From Actinomycetota bacterium (GTDB lineage: Bacteria; Actinomycetota; CADDZG01; WHSQ01): DNA of 64,000 bases. The notes beneath the pieces were generated by a model. It worked only from the letters and a program-made list of their open reading frames with translations. It had not been told where the DNA came from and ran no database searches. The translations under genes and the position numbers were made by a program. Below, one piece after another: positions 9,360 to 15,506 of this stretch. Position 1 is the first letter of the stretch; every line of letters starts with the position of its first letter. The stretch is from contig JBOGWU010000277.1 in assembly GCA_050693935.1 (NCBI GenBank), positions 1,289-65,288 on the forward strand, read 5' to 3'.

Positions 9360-10531
9360 AGCGAGACGTGTGCGGGCTGCATGGTGTCACGCACGACTCC
9401 GACCAGATCGGTGGACAGGCTGTCGAGGTTGGTCTCGGCCCGCAAGCGCGCGGAGAAGTCATCGATGGTCCGGATGGCATCGAAGCGCCGGCGGTTGAAC
9501 CTCCGGTCCACCACCGCCTGGATTCGGTTTCTCAGCGGTCGGAACAGGGCGACCATCCCGAGCGTCGAGGCGGCGACGGTCACGGGCGAGTCATCAGACA
9601 CGGGAAGCGCGCCCTGCAGCAACAGAACCGCACCGAGGTAGCCCAATGCGAGCACCGCGCTCAGTCCACCGTAGACAATCGTTCGATTGATGATGCGGTC
9701 GATGTCGTAGAGCCTGTAGCGGAGCATGGCGATTCCGATGGTGATTGGAATCGACGTCACGGCCATGGAGAAGATGCCGTTCACCAGGTTGACCGTCGCA
9801 TCGGTCTCCCCGATGATTGCGAGCACCACCCCCTGCAGCAAGAGGTTAAGAACGACAACCACCCCGGCATAGGAGAACCACTTGAGTTGTTGGCGTTCGA
9901 CCGCGCGCGAGCGCCGGAAGCGCACGATCACAGAGACCACGGAAGCCACCACGCTGAACACGATCAGGACCTCGCCTACCCACAGAGCTACCTGCAGTGG
10001 AATGTCGAGCACCTCGATCCCGTAGGGGTTGGAGATCCTTCCATTGGTGTCCTGGAGCGCGCCCGGTGAAAAGGCGTAAGCGGACACGACCAAGGTCAGA
10101 CCAAGGCCCGTGGTCCAGACCAGCAACCTCCATCGGTGGGACAGGGGACGGCCGGTGGGAAACAGCTGGAGCACGAAGAGCAAGGGAGCAAGGGCGAGCG
10201 ACCAGATGAAGCTCCCCGCCCAGTCGACGAAGTCGCCCTCTGCACCTCGAGGAGTAGCCGGAGTCATCTCTGCATGTGTCGTCAAGAACGCCGCCATCAC
10301 TCCAAAGACTCCGAGCAGGCAGAGAATCCAGCCGATGGGGTTGTCGGAGCGGCGTGACGCAACGAGCCCGCCAACCACTCCACAGCCGATGACGAATATG
10401 CCAAACGGGATGATGTTGATGAGATCCGGCGACCGATCGCGCGTGAGAGAAAAAACGACGACGGCCAGCATTCCGACCAAGATGATGGCGGTCAGTCCCC
10501 ACGCGAGGGAGGCCTTTCCTCGGCCCCTCAT
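9326..10531 (-). CDS. Array paralog 5: polytopic membrane protein, sensor-module-like
   Basis: This is ORF 9326..10555 trimmed to the ATG at 10529-10531, which overlaps the upstream stop (ATGA). Motifs present: SRRSDNPIGWILCL, QLFPTGRPLSHRWRL, RFRRSRAVERQQLKWF, LRYRLYDIDRIINRT, VDRRFNRRRFDA, AHVSLWL. Confidence 0.8.
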   Translation of the reverse strand: MRGRGKASLAWGLTAIILVGMLAVVVFSLTRDRSPDLINIIPFGIFVIGCGVVGGLVASRRSDNPIGWILCLLGVFGVMAAFLTTHAEMTPATPRGAEGDFVDWAGSFIWSLALAPLLFVLQLFPTGRPLSHRWRLLVWTTGLGLTLVVSAYAFSPGALQDTNGRISNPYGIEVLDIPLQVALWVGEVLIVFSVVASVVSVIVRFRRSRAVERQQLKWFSYAGVVVVLNLLLQGVVLAIIGETDATVNLVNGIFSMAVTSIPITIGIAMLRYRLYDIDRIINRTIVYGGLSAVLALGYLGAVLLLQGALPVSDDSPVTVAASTLGMVALFRPLRNRIQAVVDRRFNRRRFDAIRTIDDFSARLRAETNLDSLSTDLVGVVRDTMQPAHVSLWLQPNAATMR

Positions 10532-11727
10532 GCGCTCGTTCCAGGTTTGATCCAAAGCGACAGGTGGGACGGCCGCACCGTGTCGTCCACCACGTTGAGC
10601 AGATCGCTGCTGAGCGCGTCGAGATCGACCTCTTGCCGCAAGCGCTGGCCGAACGATTCGATCGTCAGCGCGGCGTCGTAGCGACTTCGATTGAAGCGGT
10701 GATCCACTGCTGCCTGAACGCGGTTCCGCAAGGGACGGAAGGCGGCGACAACTGCAAGCGTCGACGCCGCCACGATCACGGGGGAGTCGTCCCGGACGGG
10801 AATCATCGACTGAAGCGCGAGCACCGCCAACAAGTAGCCCCCGGCCAGGATCGCGGTCAGCAGACCGTAGGCGAGTGTGCGACTGATCAGACGGTCGATG
10901 TCGTAGAGCCGGTACCGCAGCATGGCAACGCCGATGGTGATCGGAATCGACGTGACCGCGACTGAGAATAGACCTTCAACGACGTCCACCGCGGCGCTGC
11001 TCTCGTCGGCGAAGGAGAAGACCACCATCTGCACCATCAGGCTGCCGACAACCAGCACTCCGGCATAGGAGAACCACTTGAGCTGCTGGTGCTCCACACC
11101 TCTCGATCTTCGGAAGCGAATGACCAGGGAAACGAGAGACATCACGACGCTTGTCGTGATGAGTAACCCGGCCGCCGCGGACATGACCTTCAGCGGCACC
11201 TCGAGGACATCGATGCCATAGGGGTTCGTCGTCCTCGGGTTCGAGTTCGCGAGCGCGCCGGGAGCGAGAGCGGGAGCCAGGACGGCAAAGGCGATACCGA
11301 GGCCGGTTGTCCATACCAAAGCGTTCCACCGGCTCGTCAGGGGTCGCCCGTTAGGAAAAAGCTGAAGCACGAAAATTGCGGGGGCGAAGGCCAGCAACCA
11401 GATGAAGGCGAGGATCCAGTCGACGAAGCGTCCATCGCCACCGGATGTGAGCGGGGCGCGGTCTATGTAAAGCGACGAGAGCGTGGCCAGCATCCCGAAG
11501 AAGCCGACAAGACAAAGTATCCATCCGATCGGATTGACCGAGTGCCGCGAAGCGACGAGTGCCCCGACCACCGCGCACCCGCCGATGAACACCACGAACG
11601 TAACGGTGTTGACGATCTGACCGGATAAACCCCCCTCCGTGAGGTCGAGGACGACGACAAAGAGCGTCCCAACCCCGCTGATCGCGCACAGCGACCACGC
11701 AATTGCGGCAGCTTTTCGAGCGATCAT
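10528..11727 (-). CDS. Array paralog 4: polytopic membrane protein, sensor-module-like
   Basis: This is ORF 10528..11751 trimmed to the ATG at 11725-11727 (ATGA overlap). Motifs present: SRHSVNPIGWILCL, QLFPNGRPLTSRWNA, RFRRSRGVEHQQLKWF, LRYRLYDIDRLISRT, VDHRFNRSRYDAALT, SHLSLWI. Confidence 0.8.
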   Translation of the reverse strand: MIARKAAAIAWSLCAISGVGTLFVVVLDLTEGGLSGQIVNTVTFVVFIGGCAVVGALVASRHSVNPIGWILCLVGFFGMLATLSSLYIDRAPLTSGGDGRFVDWILAFIWLLAFAPAIFVLQLFPNGRPLTSRWNALVWTTGLGIAFAVLAPALAPGALANSNPRTTNPYGIDVLEVPLKVMSAAAGLLITTSVVMSLVSLVIRFRRSRGVEHQQLKWFSYAGVLVVGSLMVQMVVFSFADESSAAVDVVEGLFSVAVTSIPITIGVAMLRYRLYDIDRLISRTLAYGLLTAILAGGYLLAVLALQSMIPVRDDSPVIVAASTLAVVAAFRPLRNRVQAAVDHRFNRSRYDAALTIESFGQRLRQEVDLDALSSDLLNVVDDTVRPSHLSLWIKPGTSA

Positions 11728-12923
11728 CGGTTGACTCCAGGTTTGATCCACAGCGACAAGTGCGCAGGTCGCACGGTCGTATCCACGACCCGCATCAGGT
11801 CTGCCGTCAGGGCCTCGAGATCGACCTCCTCGCGCAGGCGCCGGCCGAAGGACTCGATAGTCAGCGCGGCGTCGTAGCGGCTGCGGTTGAAGCGGCGGTC
11901 CACGATTCGCTGGATGCGAGCGCGTAGAGGGCCGAAGGCCGCGACCACCAGCAGGGTCGATACGGCCACGATCAGCGGCGACTTCTCAGGAAGAGGAAGG
12001 ATCGACTGCAGCACCAGAACCGACAGGAAGTAGCCGCCGACCAGCAGTGAGGTTAGAAGCGCGTACGCGACCGACCTGCTAATGATGCGGTCCACGTCGT
12101 AGAGGCGGTAGCGCAGCACCGCCATCGCGATCGACACGGGAATGCCCATCACCAGAAGCGGGAACAAGAACCCCGGCAACCTCACCAAATCACCGAGCGG
12201 AACCAATACCGCGAAGGCGCTTCCCGCGAGAGCGACCCATTTGAGCTGCTGGCGCTCCTGTGCCGCGGCGCCCCGATATCTGACCACCAGTGACGCCGCA
12301 CTCAGGACGATGGCGACTAGAAGCACCGGCCCCAGCGCGGTGAACACGGTGTCTTCAGTATCGCCGAGGCCGGAGATCCCGATCGGGTTGGGGATCGAGT
12401 AACCCTCGCCCACCAAGCGTTCCTCCACCATCGAGAGAACGGCAGCGAATACCACAAGCGCTCCCGACAGCCATGCCACCGGGCGCCAGCGCGGGGAGGG
12501 AAGTCGTCCGTTCGGAAACAGCAGTAGCAGGAATGTAGGGATGACCATGATCAAGGGGAACCAGGCCCATGCCTCGATCCAAGCAGCCAGCGTCGCCCCG
12601 GGGGTGGCTTCATCTCGGTAAACCAGCCCGTATTGCGCGTAACTCGCCCCCCATATCAGGATCCCGGTCTGGAAGCCCACCCACAACATCAGCCACGCGA
12701 TGAGATTGTCGGGGCGCCGTTGCACGATCAGTGCGCCCATCGCTGGAAACGCGGTGAAGGCTGCCATGAGCAGCAGGTCCTCCAGCCATCCACCATCCGG
12801 TGCCGTGCCGCTTACGCGGTCGAGAATTTCGCTCGTCACCGTCATGCCGATGGTGAACGCGAGCAACACCCAGGCTGCGACTCGAAGGCGGCGCTGGCGC
12901 CGCGTCAGGCTGTCGGTAGTCAT
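11724..12923 (-). CDS. Array paralog 3: polytopic membrane protein, sensor-module-like
   Basis: This is ORF 11724..12947 trimmed to the ATG at 12921-12923 (ATGA overlap). Motifs present: QRRPDNLIAWLMLW, LLFPNGRLPSPRWRP, VRYRGAAAQERQQLKWV, LRYRLYDVDRIISRS, VDRRFNRSRYDAALT, AHLSLWI. Confidence 0.8.
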   Translation of the reverse strand: MTTDSLTRRQRRLRVAAWVLLAFTIGMTVTSEILDRVSGTAPDGGWLEDLLLMAAFTAFPAMGALIVQRRPDNLIAWLMLWVGFQTGILIWGASYAQYGLVYRDEATPGATLAAWIEAWAWFPLIMVIPTFLLLLFPNGRLPSPRWRPVAWLSGALVVFAAVLSMVEERLVGEGYSIPNPIGISGLGDTEDTVFTALGPVLLVAIVLSAASLVVRYRGAAAQERQQLKWVALAGSAFAVLVPLGDLVRLPGFLFPLLVMGIPVSIAMAVLRYRLYDVDRIISRSVAYALLTSLLVGGYFLSVLVLQSILPLPEKSPLIVAVSTLLVVAAFGPLRARIQRIVDRRFNRSRYDAALTIESFGRRLREEVDLEALTADLMRVVDTTVRPAHLSLWIKPGVNR

Positions 12924-14131
12924 GTCTGTCGCTCCGGGCTGATCCACAGCGAGACGTGGGTGGGTGCCATCGTGTGATCCACGACCGCGACCAAGCCGGA
13001 GGCGAGCGCGTCTAGCTCGACTTCGTTTCTGAGCCGCGCTCCGAAACTCTCGATGGTGTGCTCGGCGTCGTAGCGGCTGCGGTTGAAGCGGCGGTCGACC
13101 AGATGTCTGATCCGAGAACGAAGAGGTCCGAACGCGGCGACGACGGCCAGAGTCGACGCGGCCACGATGACCGGAGAATCGTCACGGACGGGAAGCACCG
13201 ATTGCAGTGCCAGCACCGCCACGAGGTAGGCGCCGGCCAGCAGCGCGGTGAGCAGGCCGTAGGCCAGCGTGCGGCTGATGATGCGATCGATGTCGAAGAG
13301 CCGGTAGCGAAGCATCGCAAAGCCCGTGGCAATTGGAAGCAGCAGGACGCCAACGCTTGCGAGCAGTTCGTTACCTGCTCCCTCCGATGAGGACATGGGG
13401 CCCACAACGGTTCCGACCACCGCGACGGCAAGGGCGAACAGGAACCACTTGAGTTGAAGTCGCTCGACCTCACCCGCGCTCCGATAGCGAAACACCAGCG
13501 ATGCGAAGGAGCCGAACAGTGCGGGGATCATGAAGGCATAGGGAAGGTCCCAAAGCACCGCGGCAAGTCCCTCCAACTCCGGAGTCTCATCGAGCAACAT
13601 CGGCCCGCGATATGGCCACGTACCGACTGCCCCGATTAACGTCGCGGCCACTCCGGCGAGCGCGAGTCCTTCCGCTACCCGCCAGCGTCGCGAGGGAAGC
13701 GCTCCGTCGGGAAAGCGAAGCACGGTAATGGCCGTCCACGACATGATCGGGGTCAATACCAAGTGGTAGATGCAGGATGCCGCCGCTCCACCCTGGAGCG
13801 TCCCCGGCTCGACAATGAGAGAGCGCGCCGCGTACTCGTACGCGAAGGTTCCTACCAACCCCGTCAGGCCAACGAGTACGAACAGCCGTGCCACTACGTG
13901 ACCAGGTCTTCGTGACAGGACGGTGAACCCCACAACCACGAAGACGAACTGGGATAGCGAATAGATCGGATCGCTAACATCGAGGTAGTCAGCGATGCCG
14001 GCGAGTTCTTCGGGCCTCATCAGCCCGAACGCCACAGTGATGCCCGCGAGACCCGCGCTCCCAAGCAACGCTAGTGCCCGCACGACGCTCGGCCACGCCG
14101 TGCCCGGTCGCGCCAGCGCCGTCGTCTTCAT
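12920..14131 (-). CDS. Array paralog 2: polytopic membrane protein, sensor-module-like
   Basis: This is ORF 12920..14158 trimmed to the ATG at 14129-14131 (ATGA overlap). Motifs present: SRRPGHVVARLFVL, LRFPDGALPSRRWRV, FRYRSAGEVERLQLKWF, LRYRLFDIDRIISRT, VDRRFNRSRYDAEHT, THVSLWI. Confidence 0.8.
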   Translation of the reverse strand: MKTTALARPGTAWPSVVRALALLGSAGLAGITVAFGLMRPEELAGIADYLDVSDPIYSLSQFVFVVVGFTVLSRRPGHVVARLFVLVGLTGLVGTFAYEYAARSLIVEPGTLQGGAAASCIYHLVLTPIMSWTAITVLRFPDGALPSRRWRVAEGLALAGVAATLIGAVGTWPYRGPMLLDETPELEGLAAVLWDLPYAFMIPALFGSFASLVFRYRSAGEVERLQLKWFLFALAVAVVGTVVGPMSSSEGAGNELLASVGVLLLPIATGFAMLRYRLFDIDRIISRTLAYGLLTALLAGAYLVAVLALQSVLPVRDDSPVIVAASTLAVVAAFGPLRSRIRHLVDRRFNRSRYDAEHTIESFGARLRNEVELDALASGLVAVVDHTMAPTHVSLWISPERQT

Positions 14132-15330
14132 CGAGCCTTCTCCGACGAGCGCAGCCACAACGACGCATGCGCGGGGTTCACCGTGCTGCGCACGACGGCG
14201 ACTAAATCGCTCGAGAGATCGTCGAGGTTCGTCTGCGCGCGGAGGCGAGTGCCGAACTTGTCGATCTCTCGCTCGGCGTCGTAGCGAGTGCGGTTGAATC
14301 GTCTTTCAACCCGCTCGCGGATACGCGCTCGCAAAGGACCGAAGACGGCAACCACGGCGAGAGTCGAGGCGGCAACGATCAGGGGCGAGTCATCCGGAAT
14401 TGGCATCACCGACTGGAGCGCGAGCACCGCGAGTAAGTAACCGCCGGCGAGCACGGCCGTCAGCGCCGAGTACGAGATGGTCCGGCTGACCAGGCGATCG
14501 ATGTCGTACAGGCGGTAACGGAGAATCGCCACGCCCGCGCAGATCGGAGGAGCCGACAACAGGATCGGATCGACGAACGGTAGGCGTCCGCCTGCGACCT
14601 GATCGAGAATTCCCTGCCCGACGAAACCCACCAACATCAGGACACCAGCGAAGGTGAACCATTTGAGCTGCTGGCGCTCCTCACCCCTCGAACGCCGGAA
14701 CCTGGTCACCAGGGCAGTCAGCGACAACACCACGAGCGCCAAGGCCCCGGCAAACAAAACGGCGCCGATGGCGCCCTCCTCTACGTCGCGCAGACCCGGG
14801 ATACCGATGGGGTTGATGAGCACGATCTCGCTTCCGGGAAGCTCGATCTCGGACTCCAGCGCCCCGAGCAGCACGAAGCTTCCCGTCCAGACGATGGTGG
14901 CGCGCCATATCCATGCAAAGCGTCCGGGGAGTGGTCTGCCCGTCGGAAAGACCTGCGGAAGCAGGAAGAGCAAGCTGGCCAGGTAAGCGAGCCAGTACCA
15001 CTCGATCACGCTTGCTAAGAGCCCCGGTGACGGCAGCGACCCCGAGCCGGACGCGAGTTCGTAGCGCGCGTAGGCCTCGACCGCGATCCCCAGCCCCCAG
15101 CTCAGCCCCGCCAAAGTGAAAATCCACCCCACGAGGTGTCCGCCGCGCCGGACCAAAATGATCCCTCCCACCACCACGTTGGGAAGCACCGCCGCCATGT
15201 GGAACATGAGCCCGTTCGCATCGAGTTCGCCCAGTTCAGCGTGCAGAATGAGGGCCGCGATCAAGGCGACCACAGCCACGGTACCGGGAATCAGGCGCGC
15301 CTTCATCGGCGCGCTTTCTGGCCTGCTCAT
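14128..15330 (-). CDS. Array paralog 1 (first in transcription order): polytopic membrane protein, sensor-module-like
   Basis: 400-aa ORF starting at the ATG at 15328-15330 (alternative ATG at 15306). Motifs present: VRRGGHLVGWIFTL, QVFPTGRPLPGRF, TRFRRSRGEERQQLKWF, LRYRLYDIDRLVSRT, VERRFNRTRYDAERE, AHASLWL. Confidence 0.8.
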   Translation of the reverse strand: MSRPESAPMKARLIPGTVAVVALIAALILHAELGELDANGLMFHMAAVLPNVVVGGIILVRRGGHLVGWIFTLAGLSWGLGIAVEAYARYELASGSGSLPSPGLLASVIEWYWLAYLASLLFLLPQVFPTGRPLPGRFAWIWRATIVWTGSFVLLGALESEIELPGSEIVLINPIGIPGLRDVEEGAIGAVLFAGALALVVLSLTALVTRFRRSRGEERQQLKWFTFAGVLMLVGFVGQGILDQVAGGRLPFVDPILLSAPPICAGVAILRYRLYDIDRLVSRTISYSALTAVLAGGYLLAVLALQSVMPIPDDSPLIVAASTLAVVAVFGPLRARIRERVERRFNRTRYDAEREIDKFGTRLRAQTNLDDLSSDLVAVVRSTVNPAHASLWLRSSEKAR

Positions 15331-15420
15331 CGCTCCGGGCCGGCGCTATCGGTTGTCTGGATCACGCTTGCCCCCGTGATTACTCCGCTCTACGGCCCCA
15401 CTCTCTACACCTAACGTCTG

Positions 15421-15435
15421 CGAATCGTTACGAGA
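15421..15435. promoter_or_regulatory. 15-nt motif CGAATCGTTACGAGA, copy 2, in the divergent intergenic region between array paralog 1 and the SARP-type regulator
   Basis: Identical to 6347-6361 and in the same orientation. It lies 90 nt upstream of the ATG at 15330 (minus strand) and 72 nt upstream of the TTG at 15507 (plus strand). Confidence 0.4.
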
Positions 15436-15506
15436 AAGGCCCTTGCGCCGTTTTCGTGCGCGCGGTTCCAATATGAGTAGTACATCCACCTTTTGAGGGG
15501 ACGGTT

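Larger units (their letters stand above)
6900..15330 (-). repeat. Tandem array of seven paralogous genes (about 1.2 kb each) on one strand
   Basis: All seven translations share the ordered motifs R-x3-NPIGWL, LFPxGRxxSxRWR, NPxGI, RxRRSxGxERQQLKW, LRYRLYDIDR, DSPVxVAASTL, DRRFNRSRYDA and H(V/L)SLW(L/I). Patches of about 20 nt of near-identity recur, for example ggttgaagcggcggtcgac. Confidence 0.9.

Noticed and set aside
9326-14158. 28-34-nt gene overlaps with conserved MDQTW-type N-termini, as given by the longest-ORF calls
   Set aside because: The upstream GTG/TTG triplets lie inside the conserved Leu-Trp codons of the preceding gene. The apparent N-terminal conservation is therefore explained by the overlapping frame. 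Canonical ATGA/GTGA 4-nt overlaps occur a few codons downstream at five of six junctions. I cannot fully exclude the longer forms.
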